Source: Utricularia gibba (taxonomy: Eukaryota; Plantae; Magnoliophyta). From it: a stretch of 64,000 nt of DNA. The stretch covers positions 186,001-250,000 of the forward strand of contig NEEC01000002.1 of assembly GCA_002189035.1 (NCBI GenBank), written 5' to 3'. Below are positions 1 through 11,257 of this stretch, in pieces. Below the pieces are notes generated by a model. The model had not been told where the DNA came from, did not search any database, and saw nothing but the letters and a program-made list of their open reading frames with translations. The translations under genes and the position numbers were made by a program. Numbering within the stretch: position 1 is the stretch's first letter; each line of letters opens with the position of its first letter.

Positions 1-132
1 GAAATTCTGGCAGAGGTACGTACACGTAGTGCTCTTTTTCACTGTGTGAGAGGATAGACTACATCTATCAGCTTTCTCGTGCAGTTCAATAAGTATTCAG
101 ACTCCATGAAGCAACTCATTGAGCGGCAGTGA
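1..132 (+). CDS. 3' end of an unidentified protein-coding gene (partial; ...EILAE|FNKYSDSMKQLIERQ*)
   Basis: Exon 1-15, GT-AG intron 16-84 (GAG|gtacg...tgcag|TTC), last exon 85-132 ending in TGA, in frame. The peptide was not recognised. Confidence 0.45.
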
Positions 133-661
133 GTGCCACTGGGCGGCAAATGCTTTTTGCTGATGGAATGAGCAGAAAAAAGTGTTGATAATGTATGTAT
201 TGCGCCTTCTAGGTGTTTGTTTCACTCTTCAGTCAAGCTTCGATCTCTTTGATTCAGTTTGCAACTGAACCAAATTCTCCTGCAGCATATCCGTTCTAGA
301 AAGATTAGGAAACATGGATGTGGAACAGAAGTGATGACAATGCGGGATAAAGCTTCTCTTCTCTCACGCTGAGTGTATCCGTCTATTTTCATAATTATCA
401 ATTTTTCTTATTATAAGGTTCTTTTCAACTTGGGCCTAATAATAAAATTTCCAAGTATCGTAGACCTGGGCAGAGCAGATACCCAATTACTGAAGCCCAT
501 GTCTGATTCTCCACAGTCGCACAAATTGAAATCAACGGACAGGATTGAGTTGGCCCTGGATATATATAAGTATATATATTATATTCCTTGTGACTTGACG
601 GCTTTGTCACGTATTCTATCTGCAACCGATCTGCAAGGAAGCAATAGCGATTTCAGTGAAC

Positions 662-2737
662 ATGTCTGAGGTATGACGAGCTTCTTCTTCCGTTTTTGGC
701 GAATGCTTTAGTACTTTTGAATGGTTCATTTGGCTTCCAAGCGGTTTTGGAGCAAGTTTGAGGTTGTGGTTTGTTTTCGGAATTCGATAATTTGATAATG
801 TCTGTAGGTTCTGAGAAGTTGGAGTCAACATAATCAGGTTTCTTAGGATGCTTGTATACTGATATTTTTTTTTATTGCGTGGGTTTCTGCAGGCACGAAA
901 GAGTCCTCCCGTCAATGAGGAAGGTAGGTATCTTCTCATGAGTTCTTTCTTAGAGAAACAATTTTGTAAAATATGGATTTGGTTGAATGTTCATAATCTT
1001 TAGATGTCTTTGGTTGGTTAGGTAGGATTCATTATATTTGTTATAATCTGGGATTTTTGGTGCTATCAATGTAGCTTAGTTAGTTCAAAGCATTTTTTTG
1101 GTTGTCAGAAAAAAAGCCTGGTGCGGGTGGAAGTAAGACGTCTGCTGCAGTGCCAGCATCGACACAGGAATTACCAAACCCGTTTGATCTCTCAGCCATG
1201 AAGGGATTACTTAATGTGAGCTCGTTTCTCCTTTACATTTTGGTTATTTAGTAAGTTATTTGTACATGTTCTGCATTGTCATGGCAAGAAAAGATGTTAA
1301 TGTTTTGTGTGTGTGTCTTCCGCTGATTTTAGATAATTAGGTTAAAAAAAGATATTTTTTTTCGTTTGTTTTATCCACAGGACCCAAGCATCAAAGAGTT
1401 AGCAGAGCAGATTGCCAAGGATCCTGCTTTTAATCAGATGGCTCAACAGCTGCAAAGTACCTTTCAAGGGCTGCAGTTGAAGATGCCATTCCCAGCTTCG
1501 ACTCCCAACAATATTTTTCTACCATGCAACAAGTCATGCAAAATCCACAATTTATGACCATGGCCGAAAAGCTTGGAAATGCCTTAATGCAGGTTTTTAT
1601 TGCTTGAGGTTCATTTTTCCCATAAGATTATTACATAGCCTTGTTACCGTGTTGGTTAGATCATTGTTTTATCATCATTTGGGTAGGATCCAGCCATGTC
1701 TGGCATGCTTGAGAATTTGACAAATCCGTCAAATAGAGAACAATATGAAGAACGCATGGCACGTATTAAGGAAGATCCTTCTCTAAAACCTATTTTGGAA
1801 GAGATTGAGAAAGGGGGGCCTGCCTCAATGATGAAGTAGGTGTATTTCTCTCTTTCCCACTCATTCTTCAGTTTTCGAAACTTCTCATCCTTTGTTTGGG
1901 TTATTTGATACTATCTAGATATTGGAATGATAAAGAGGTTCTCCAGAAGTTGGGTCAGGCTATGGGATTCGCGGCTGGAGCAGAAACTGGTACATCTGGC
2001 GACATTGCAGAAGATGAAACGGTGGAATTAAGCGAAGAGGAATCTATAGTCCACCATAATGCTAGCATTGGTGATGTGGAGGTAAACTAGCTCTTCCGCT
2101 GCTGCAACTATATACATTCTCACAGCTGACATACTCTCTCTCGATGATTAAAATAGGGACTAAAGAAAGCCCTTTCTGATGGAGCCGATAAAGATGAAGA
2201 GGATGCTGAGGGAAGGACGGCTTTGCACTTTTCATGCGGATATGGTGAGGTATCTCCAAAAATGATCTCACCTGCATATGGTGTTTTGCTTCTCTTTTTT
2301 CTCAACCTTTTCCTATTGGGGCCACGGGAAACTGCTACGATTTCAAGCATTTATTTATTAAACAATAGAAAACCAAAAGCTGAGGATACCGAACGCTGAA
2401 CTATTTACTTCCACGCCAGTTCAAGTGTGCCCAGATCCTACTGGATGCTGGGGCTAAGGTTGATGCATTGGATAAGAACAAGAACACTCCCCTACACTAT
2501 GCCGCCGGGTATGGCCAGAAGGACTGCGTCGAGCTCCTGCTGAAAAATGGGGCTGCAGTGTAAGTAAACCTCTCATTTCCCACCCGTCAAATTTTGATAC
2601 CTCCGGCCATCTTTGATGCCGTTTTCCATCGATGCAGCACTCTCAAGAACCTGGACGGGAAGACTCCAATCGAGGTGGCGAAACTAAACAACCAAGATGC
2701 GGTACTGAAGCTACTTGAGAAGGATGCGTTTCTTTAG
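662..2737 (+). CDS. AKR2: Ankyrin repeat domain-containing protein 2 (AKR2A/B-like membrane-protein chaperone)
   Basis: The spliced model starts ATG TCT GAG|gt at 662. Motifs: [51 protein letters not shown], ankyrin repeats [13 protein letters not shown] and [11 protein letters not shown], and C-terminal LLEKDAFL* (TAG 2735-2737). There is an apparent 1-nt frameshift at the G run 1468-1470. Confidence 0.93.
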
Positions 2738-3435
2738 AATGCACCCCACGAGGCTGCTCTTGTTGTATCCTACAATGGTGGTTGACGACTGAACAGTGCT
2801 GCTACGCCGTGCGTGATCCAAGGCAACAATTTTTCTATTGCAGGTCTAATTTGCTTGCTTGTTTTATTAAATAAAAAAATGGCTGCGTGTGAGTTTTTTT
2901 GAAGCTTGATCTTGAATCATCATCTCATCTTCTGAATGCTGTTGCTCCTCCGTGGAATAGCTCCCAAGTCCGATGAATAGTATACTAGTGTAGTTAGCTG
3001 ATTTTCACTCCTTTTTCCTTCTTTATTTATAAAAAAAATAAAATAAAAATCTAAATTTAATATTTTAAATTAAAAACTCAAAAAATTATGAATTCAAATT
3101 GAATGGAATCCTCCTGAATTTTAAAATACTAATGTTAGATTAACATAATTACTGATTATGTGTTAATGTTGAATAATCAATGTTATGCCTAGCAACCTTA
3201 GGAGAATGATTGTCTGTGATGATTGCTCGTGGATATGAGGACTGGGTCGTTGGCATCTGGGAGTTTGCACGTCATGTGATCTCTGCGGCTTTTGAGACGT
3301 GTGAATTCTCAAGTTCACGGGACCCGAATTCATAAACTGACTTTCTAGGTTCGGCAATTGATTGAGGTTCCGGCCGCCGAATCCGATCTGTCTACCGGTT
3401 AAGATTTGGGTTCTGAAGAAATCTTCGATTAGGGC

Positions 3436-4726
3436 ATGGCGGTGAGGATCCTCCTCCCCTTGTTTGGTTTACTACTACTGTGTGCTGTCCCTGGGAGCGA
3501 TGGAATATGGTTGAGCTTGCCGTCCGGTAAGACCAAGTGCGTTTCGGAAGAGATCCAGAGCAACGTCGTCGTTTTGGCCGATTTCTACGTTATCTCCGAT
3601 GACCACCTTCACCCCATGCCTTCTATTACCGTCAAGGTTGTTTCTTTTCCTCAGTTTTATTATGAATTAATGGGTTTGTTTCCTTGGTTTCGTCCGTCAA
3701 GACTTGCGCCTGGAAAACAGTGGGTTTTTTTTTTTTTTTTTGTGGATTGAAATGGCATCCTTTTGTAGTATCATTTGGTTGTCGTCGTTTTTATGCTCAG
3801 TTCAAGCTCGCATGTTATAATCCTGGGGGCTTTTGGTGATCATTCCGTTTCTTTCTTGTGCATCTCTATTTTTTCATAGTTCTCGAATTTAACGAGGGTC
3901 CGTATTTCTGGTGTAGGTTACTTCGCCTTATGGTAAAACCGTCCATAACCAGCAAAATGTAACATATGGTCAATTTGCGTTTACAACTACAGAAGGAGGA
4001 AGCTATATAGCTTGCTTTGGCATTGATGGCAACCACCAGGGAGTTGGGGATGTAAGCGTTAACCTTGACTGGAGGATGGGCATTGCAGCCAAGGATTGGG
4101 AATCTATTGCAAAAAAAGACAATATTGAGGTGACACAGCTATTCAAATATTTTCTGAATATTTTGAAACAATTGCCGAAAGATCTTTTTGGTTGATCATG
4201 TTACCAGCAGATTCTGAACTTGACTGAAATTAAAAAATGTGGATCAGTAAGAATCATAATGAAAACTTTTGTCTTTAATATCCCCCAGCTTTGTGTTCAG
4301 TCAAACGGACAAGGTGAAAAACGTGCTTTTGTTGGTAGCATGCTCACAGATGCAGCCTGGGATGATTAATTCTACATTGTTTTAATCTCTTTCAGGGTAT
4401 CGAGCTTGAGTTGGCAAAGCTTGAAGGAGTAATTGAATCCATCCGTGAGAACATTTTGTACCTAAGGCGAAGGCAAGATAATTTCCTTTTCCTTTTCTTC
4501 TCTGTCCAGTGTGTTCATTTCTTCATAAAACAAGTTCATACTTCTACTGCCTCCCAGTGTGACATTGTTTTGACCTTGCAGAGAATGGGATATGAGAATG
4601 GTGAGTGAATCAGCAAATGCTCGGGTGGCTTGGTTCAGCATCATATCGCTGGGGGTCTGCATTCTGGTTTCTACGTTCCAGATATTGTACTTGAAGAGGT
4701 ATTTCCAAAGGAAAAAGCTAATTTGA
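3436..4726 (+). CDS. Transmembrane emp24 domain protein, p24delta subfamily
   Basis: Four exons (about 3436-3636, 3917-4129, 4396-4472, 4582-4726). It has a signal peptide, GOLD motifs ([24 protein letters not shown]), a TM helix and a C-terminal dilysine motif QRKKLI*. The last intron has a GC donor. Confidence 0.92.
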
Positions 4727-5861
4727 GGAGCAATGAATCCGCTCTGTATGAGCTTCTGAGCTTGTCGAAAACACGGAATCCTTTGTACTTATTAGCATGC
4801 CAATGTTTTGAAGAACGTTGCAAGTGTTGCTTGCCGCTTTGGGATTTCAAATCTGTTCTAGATTTTCAATGTGATTCTTTTGTTACTGTGACATTTTTAA
4901 CTGCTAGATTTTAAGAGCTTCGTATCACAGTGAATAACTTGCTTGTTCATTCTCTATGCATGTCCAATCCATCCATCTGACCTCCGGATGCTCACTGTCT
5001 CTGTTTCCAAACTGACATCATGTTCATTTTGGCGCACCCCAAAACCATTTGTTTCCCATAGGTAGGGGAGCTTAAGAAACTAGCTGAGATGATTACAGTG
5101 CCTACCCTGAAAAATATGGTCTTCGCAACTCCCTTACATCAGATGCTGGAAAGTTAATATGAATGATAGTTGCAGTTGAATAGATACTGATATTTCAGTT
5201 GAGATTTTGAATGATGCAATGCATTTACTTTGCATACTGGACTGCAACTCTCTCATAAAAGAAGCAGAAGCACAGAGTTTAAATGATGCAGGGCTTTCTG
5301 TACGAAATTCTATATTCCATTTGAGGTGTTTTTGGTTCTGATTCTCCTGATGAAGTTGAAAATATGTTAATCTTGGTAAAGAAAAAAAATGCCCGGATTC
5401 CTTTTTTATTGTCAGCAATGAAGCAGGAGAGGAGTGATCGTTGAATGAAAGAAGGCTGAGTTTCATGACTATAATTGCTTTTGTTTTTAGTGTAAAATAA
5501 AAAATGTATTATACTTATTTTAAAATAAATTTCTAGAAATGTTTTAATTATTTTAGAAAAAAAGAGAGCGGAGCCGGCAAAGTCGAGTTTCAGGTTTCCG
5601 CCCAAAACCTAACTCAATCGGTACTTGTTAGGGCATCGTCGTCGCCGTCGTCGTCGTCGCAGACTGTATCTATTATTCAGGGACTGGCTACGATCTTCTT
5701 GCTAAACTTTATCTTTCTTAATTGTTTCTCCCAGCCGGAAATTGAAACAGTTTCGTAGTTTTTGGCTTGCTTTGTGCTCTTATTTGATTCGTGCTTTGAT
5801 AGTTGAGCGCCGGGTGCTTCTTTGTGCTCCGTTGTTTTGGAAGCTGAGAATTCGAGCGTAA

Positions 5862-8800
5862 ATGGGTGATTTGAAGACCTGGGTTTCTGATAAATTGTTC
5901 TTGCTTTTGGGGTATTCGCAGCCAACTGTTGTTCAGTATGTTATAACATTGTCTAAGAAGGCTTCGTCTCCCGCAGAGATTGTGACTCAGCTGGTAGATT
6001 TGGGGATCTCTTCCTCGGTTGAAACAACTCAGTTCGCAAAAGAAATTTTTGCGAAAGTCGAGCGTAGGACTTCTGGTCCTAACCTATATCAACAGCAAGA
6101 ACGGGAAGCAAAGGTTTTTGCTCAAAAGCAAAAAACCTACAAACTTTTGGAGGCAGATGATGATGATAATGCTCCTGTTTCTGTAGCACATAAAAAGGAG
6201 GATTCGCGAAGCAAAAAATTTAGGAAAAGAAGTGAAGCTGAGGATGAAAAAGATGGTGAGGAAGGAAAATATGGTAGTGGAGAAAGGCGAGTAAAAAGTC
6301 GAACTTCCCGTGCAAAAAATGATGGCTCAGAGTCAGATGAAGAAATATTGCGGGATCAGCGAGAAAAGGAGGAATTGGAGCTTCATATGAGGGAGCGTGA
6401 TGCAGCTGCCACGAGGAGGCTAACTGATCAAAAAATGACCAAGAAGGACGAAGAAGTTGCATTGCAGAGATCTAAAGCTATGGAGAAGGATGGCATTGAG
6501 ACATTAAGGAAAGTGTCGAGGCAGGAGTATTTGAAGAAAAGGGAGCAAAAAAAACTGGATGAGCTTGTCGATGATATTGAAGATGAACAGTATTTGTTTG
6601 GCGATGTCAAACTGTCTGAAATTGAGCTTCGTGATCTGCAATACAAAAAGGAAATCTATGAGCTAGTGAAGAAGACAACAGCACAGAACGATGATGTGAA
6701 TGAGTATATCATGCCTGAAGCTTATGATCGAGACGGTGGCATAAATCAAGAAAAGAGATTTGGTGTGGCATTGCAGCGTTACCTGGATCCTGGAGCAGAA
6801 GAAAAAATGAACCCTTTTGCTGAGCAGGAAGCGTGGGAGGAGCATCAGATTGGAAAAGCAACTCTCAAATTTGGTTCCAGAAATTCAAAAGAAAAGCAAG
6901 ATGATTATGATTTTGTGTTTGAAGACCAGATAGACTTTATAAAGGCATCAGTTATGGATGGCGTTAATGTTGATCAAGATCCATCTGGTGCATCCCCAGA
7001 AGCATCTGAGGCTAAAACAGCATTTGACAAGCTTCAAGTTGAGAGGAAAACTTTGCCAATTTATCCATACAGAGATGATTTGCTTCAAGCTGTTAACGAT
7101 TATCAGGTTCTTGTTATTGTCGGAGAAACAGGGTCTGGTAAAACTACACAAATACCTCAGTATCTTCATGAGGCAGGCTACACTAAACGTGGAAAGATTG
7201 GATGCACCCAGCCACGTCGTGTGGCAGCTATGAGTGTGGCTGCCCGAGTTTCGCAAGAAATGGGAGTAAAACTTGGTCATGAGGTTGGTTATTCTATTCG
7301 TTTTGAAGACTGTACTTCTGAAAAAACAGTCCTGAAATATATGACAGATGGAATGTTGTTACGTGAATTCCTGGGGGAACCTGACCTTGCATCCTACAGT
7401 GTAGTGATGGTGGATGAGGCACATGAGAGAACACTCTCTACGGATATTCTCTTTGGCTTGGTAAAGGATATTGCTCGTTACAGGCCTGATCTAAAATTGC
7501 TTATTTCGAGTGCTACGCTCGATGCTGAAAAGTTCAGTGATTACTTCGATTCTGCTCCCATTTTTAAAATACCCGGAAGAAGGTATCCTGTTGAGATACA
7601 CTACACAAAGGCCCCTGAAGCTGATTACTTAGATGCTGCTGTGGTTACCGCTCTTCAAATTCATGTCACACAACCTCCAGGAGATGGCGATATTCTAGTT
7701 TTCTTGACTGGCCAGGAGGAGATCGAAACTGCTGAACAAGTTCTCAAGCATAGGACTGCAGGTTTTGGTTCAAAAATTGCGGAACTCATCATATGCCCCA
7801 TTTATGCAAACTTGCCTACGGATTTGCAAGCAAAAATCTTTGAGCCAACTCCAGAAGGGGCTCGTAAGGTTGTCCTTGCGACCAATATTGCTGAGACATC
7901 ATTAACAATAGATGGAATCAAATATGTTATTGACCCAGGGTTCTGCAAAATGAAGTCTTACAATCCTAGAACTGGAATGGAATCATTGCTGGTCACTCCA
8001 ATCTCGAAAGCGTCTGCTAATCAGCGTGCAGGTCGATCTGGAAGAACAGGTCCTGGGAAATGCTTTCGGCTATATACAGCTTATAATTTCAAGACTGATT
8101 TGGATGACAACACGGTGCCCGAAATACAAAGGACCAACTTGGCCAATGTTGTGCTTTCTCTCAAGAGTCTAGGAATTAATGACTTGCTGAACTTTGATTT
8201 TATGGATCCTCCGCCATCTGAAGCTTTGCTGAAGGCCCTGGAATTGCTTTATGCTCTTAGCGCACTTAACAAGCATGGTGAGTTAACAAAAGTAGGGAGA
8301 AGGATGGCTGAATTCCCACTGGATCCCATGCTATCAAAAATGATTGTGGCATCTGACAAGTACAAGTGTTCTGATGAGATTATATCCATTGCTGCAATGC
8401 TGTCCATTGGAAACTCGATTTTTTATCGTCCCAAGGACAAGCAAGTTCATGCAGACAATGCTCGGCTGAATTTCCACATGGGAAATGTTGGAGATCATAT
8501 TGCTTTGCTTAAAGTGTATAGCTCGTGGAAGGAAACCAATTTTTCAACCCAATGGTGCTATGAGAATTACGTTCAGGTAAGGAGTATGAAAAGAGCAAGA
8601 GACATCAGGGATCAGCTGGAAGGATTATTGGAAAGGGTCGAAATTGAACTGGCTTCAAGTCCTAACGATCTGGATGCCATAAAGAAAGCCATTGTATCTG
8701 GTTTTTTCCCACACTCTGGAAGGCTGCAAAAGAACGGGTCATATAAAACTGTCAAGTTTCCACAGACTGTTCATATCCACCCAAGCTCCGGGTTGGCCCA

Positions 8801-8987
8801 AGTGCTTCCGAGGTGGGTCGTCTATCACGAATTAGTGTTGACGACTAAAGAGTACATGCGACAGGTGACTGAACTAAAACCAGATTGGCTGTTGGAGATC
8901 GCCCCCCATTATTATCAGAGAACTGATGTTGAAGATGCAACCTCCAAGAAATTGCCCCGTGGCGAGGGTCGGGCAACGAAGGACTGA
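5862..8987 (+). CDS. PRP2: Pre-mRNA splicing DEAH-box RNA helicase PRP2/DHX16 (ESP3-like), single exon, 1041 aa
   Basis: Uninterrupted ORF. It has the N-terminal LKTWVSDKL, GETGSGKTTQIPQYL, DEAHER, SAT and QRAGRSGRTGPG motifs, plus HA2 and OB-fold regions, all typical of PRP2/DHX16. Confidence 0.96.
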   Translation: MGDLKTWVSDKLFLLLGYSQPTVVQYVITLSKKASSPAEIVTQLVDLGISSSVETTQFAKEIFAKVERRTSGPNLYQQQEREAKVFAQKQKTYKLLEADDDDNAPVSVAHKKEDSRSKKFRKRSEAEDEKDGEEGKYGSGERRVKSRTSRAKNDGSESDEEILRDQREKEELELHMRERDAAATRRLTDQKMTKKDEEVALQRSKAMEKDGIETLRKVSRQEYLKKREQKKLDELVDDIEDEQYLFGDVKLSEIELRDLQYKKEIYELVKKTTAQNDDVNEYIMPEAYDRDGGINQEKRFGVALQRYLDPGAEEKMNPFAEQEAWEEHQIGKATLKFGSRNSKEKQDDYDFVFEDQIDFIKASVMDGVNVDQDPSGASPEASEAKTAFDKLQVERKTLPIYPYRDDLLQAVNDYQVLVIVGETGSGKTTQIPQYLHEAGYTKRGKIGCTQPRRVAAMSVAARVSQEMGVKLGHEVGYSIRFEDCTSEKTVLKYMTDGMLLREFLGEPDLASYSVVMVDEAHERTLSTDILFGLVKDIARYRPDLKLLISSATLDAEKFSDYFDSAPIFKIPGRRYPVEIHYTKAPEADYLDAAVVTALQIHVTQPPGDGDILVFLTGQEEIETAEQVLKHRTAGFGSKIAELIICPIYANLPTDLQAKIFEPTPEGARKVVLATNIAETSLTIDGIKYVIDPGFCKMKSYNPRTGMESLLVTPISKASANQRAGRSGRTGPGKCFRLYTAYNFKTDLDDNTVPEIQRTNLANVVLSLKSLGINDLLNFDFMDPPPSEALLKALELLYALSALNKHGELTKVGRRMAEFPLDPMLSKMIVASDKYKCSDEIISIAAMLSIGNSIFYRPKDKQVHADNARLNFHMGNVGDHIALLKVYSSWKETNFSTQWCYENYVQVRSMKRARDIRDQLEGLLERVEIELASSPNDLDAIKKAIVSGFFPHSGRLQKNGSYKTVKFPQTVHIHPSSGLAQVLPRWVVYHELVLTTKEYMRQVTELKPDWLLEIAPHYYQRTDVEDATSKKLPRGEGRATKD

Positions 8988-9309
8988 AACCGCAGTTGTT
9001 ACTCAACTCGTCTGGAAAGATCCCTCTGCACTGAAGGGAATGCTCTTCTTAACAGACATGTGGGATGAACATGTGCAACTAGCAGAGCAGAATTATCTTT
9101 CAAACCCCCCACCCTACTGTATGCACAAAAGATGGCGACCGCTGGAGACGCGGCGGCGCTTGGCAAGCAGGTTGTTGCGTTTCCGGAACGCGTTGATCAC
9201 CGGAACCCAGCGATATTCAGGTACACCCGGTTTTGATTTTGGATTCCATTTTTTTGTTGAGTAGGAAATGGACCAAGACGAAATCATTTATGCGCCGGTG
9301 ACTGTGATA

Positions 9310-9850
9310 TGACAGAGGTCGGAATGCCGGTCCGGGCGGTGAGTCACTTCATGAATGTGAACGACGTCGTACATGCAGAGCACTTTGTATTTATTTGGTG
9401 CACTACTGCAACAGTAGAAAATTTCCGGAGTAAATCTTTTGTGTGGGTGTTTTCCCTCTCAAGCTGCTATTATTATTTTCGTAGGTCGTCGCGCAACTTT
9501 GCCCACATCTCAAAAGTGGCTGCGGCGGTGCTGGCCGTGGAGTAACAGTCAATGCTCTGCAACCTCAATCGGAGACCCCGAACAGAGTCCTACATTGGGG
9601 GCTTTTGTTTTTGATAAACCCAACCCAGCCCAGCGTAGAGAAGCCCATCCAGACCAAACCCAATCAATCCCCAGCCCAACCTGGACACACAACCCGATCC
9701 ACGCCTTCAGCCGCTCCTTGAATTCCTTCAACTTGAGATTCCGTTGTTGACAAGAGCATACACAAATTCCTACTTTTCCACCGCATCTCGGCAAATTCAA
9801 CACAAACCTCTGACGAACCTGGCCGGCCTATCACGCCTTGACTTCGGCAT
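9310..9850 (-). pseudogene. MRT4: Degenerate mRNA turnover 4 (MRT4/RDP1-like, uL10 paralog) pseudogene
   Basis: ATG at 9850 reads MPKSRRDRP followed by a gt donor. After a deletion it reads RDAVEK*EFVYALVN (TAG 9772-9770) and, after a frameshift, RNLKLKEFKERLK. A weak ARTG remnant lies near 9320-9340. These match recalled plant MRT4 (MPKSKRDRPV...REAVEKY...MRNLKFKEFR...DFARTG). The 3' boundary is approximate. Confidence 0.8.
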
Positions 9851-10010
9851 CTGAAGGTTAGTTGGTAAGAGCAGCGAGGAAGAAAACTAGGAGCGGCCCT
9901 AATCAGATAAGCCGTTTATTATATTATTATTATTTTTTTTAATGAGAACGAACAACGGGCCAGGCTGGGCTGGGCTGGGCGGGCCCTTGTCCAGATACAA
10001 TGTTTATTAA

Positions 10011-10973
10011 TTATTTATTTATAATGTCGAGTAAATGCTGGCAAAGTTGGTGGGGCCTGGAGATCATGGCCATGTGATCAGTACCCTCCATCCCCTTCAC
10101 CTCCTCCACCCCGCACTTGTCTACTAACAGACGTTGAAAAGTGGCCGGAAGCGCCTTGTCCTCCTCGCATAACACGTAAACCCTCCTCACCGAACCGAAC
10201 CCTTCCTTGGACACCTGCTCCTGCTCCTGCTCCATCCCAAACAACCCACAAGGCCTCACCAGCGTCTTCGCCAGTTCCACGTCCTGCTCGCCACCACGCC
10301 ATCATGAGCTGCTGTGTCATCATATACTACTGAATGCAAGGGTACAGATTGCAAACCTCTGGAGGAGACAGCGAGTACAGTCCTGAGGAGATGTAACTCG
10401 GACCGAATAGCACTGTGCGTAGCTCACCTTGCGGCGTCTCCACTGAGGAGAACGCCGTGTCCATGAACACTTCCTTTGGAGTTTCCTCCATCAGCTACAG
10501 AAAACGAGACCATGGCGTCAGAGTGGCCGGCCAGATGACGCCAAAATAAGTCTCCTCCATCCCAATCAACGAAAATTCTCTACATCCAAAATAGAGTGTA
10601 AAAGAAGCACCTTGTTTACCCAATATGTCGGCGGATGAACCAAATCAGGCATGAAGGCGGTGAGAAACACGGCCACATGGATCTTCTCCGGGAACATCTC
10701 CATGGCGAGGCTGATGCTGAGGCCGCCGAGGCTGTGTCCCACGAGCGCCACCTTCTCCCCCGGAGGAACCGAATCCATAAGCTCCAGTAGAGGTCTTGTG
10801 TAGTCCGTGAACGACTGTAGCTCCCGTATGCGCCTCGAGTCGACGCCGGCAGCCGCTAAGTCGACGGCGGTGACACGGTGGCCGGTCAGCTCGAACAGCG
10901 GCTTCAGCTTGTACCAGCACCACGCGCCATGGCAAGCTCCGTGGACAAGGATGATGTGCACTTTCTGCGACAT
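10011..10973 (-). CDS. Methylesterase, SABP2/MES alpha-beta hydrolase
   Basis: Three exons: 10973-10611, 10494-10357, 10283-10011. Motifs LVHGACHGAWCWYKL, nucleophile GHSLGG, and catalytic D (CEEDKA) and H (DHMAM). Confidence 0.93.
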
Positions 10974-11030
10974 CGAGGCGAGATGTTCGCTGTCCGCGCA
11001 ACTGTCACCATTCAGTTATAAGTAGATACA

Positions 11031-11100
11031 TGGGCCTAATTGTGGGCCACTTCCAGTACTGTTGAATAGGCGGCCCAAATAAAGAATTACAGTAAGCCCA
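11031..11100. promoter_or_regulatory. Cluster of TCP site II elements (TGGGCY) in a divergent promoter
   Basis: TGGGCC at 11031 and 11043, GGCCCA at 11072 and AGCCCA at 11095, lying between the head-to-head methylesterase and RH3 ATGs. A TATAAAT follows at 11132. Confidence 0.6.
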
Positions 11101-11257
11101 ATGATACACTGGGCGTTGAGAAATATCTCTTTATAAATCTATGCTTCTCTCCGCAGACGAGTGGAGGTTACCGTTGCCATACAACAAAGAGGAGCCTCTC
11201 CACTCCTACCCTTATCCTCTTCTTCTCTTCTCACTTCCCGGCCGTCCGCTGCAACCG

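Noticed and set aside
3215-3340. Possible C/D snoRNA (GTGATGA...CTGA)
   Set aside because: There is no terminal stem or recognisable rRNA guide, and it sits in the p24 promoter/5'UTR.
11141-11257. In-frame upstream ATG extending RH3 by 39 aa
   Set aside because: It lies just 3' of a TATAAAT (11132), so the transcript probably starts downstream of it. The ATG at 11258 matches the usual RH3 start.
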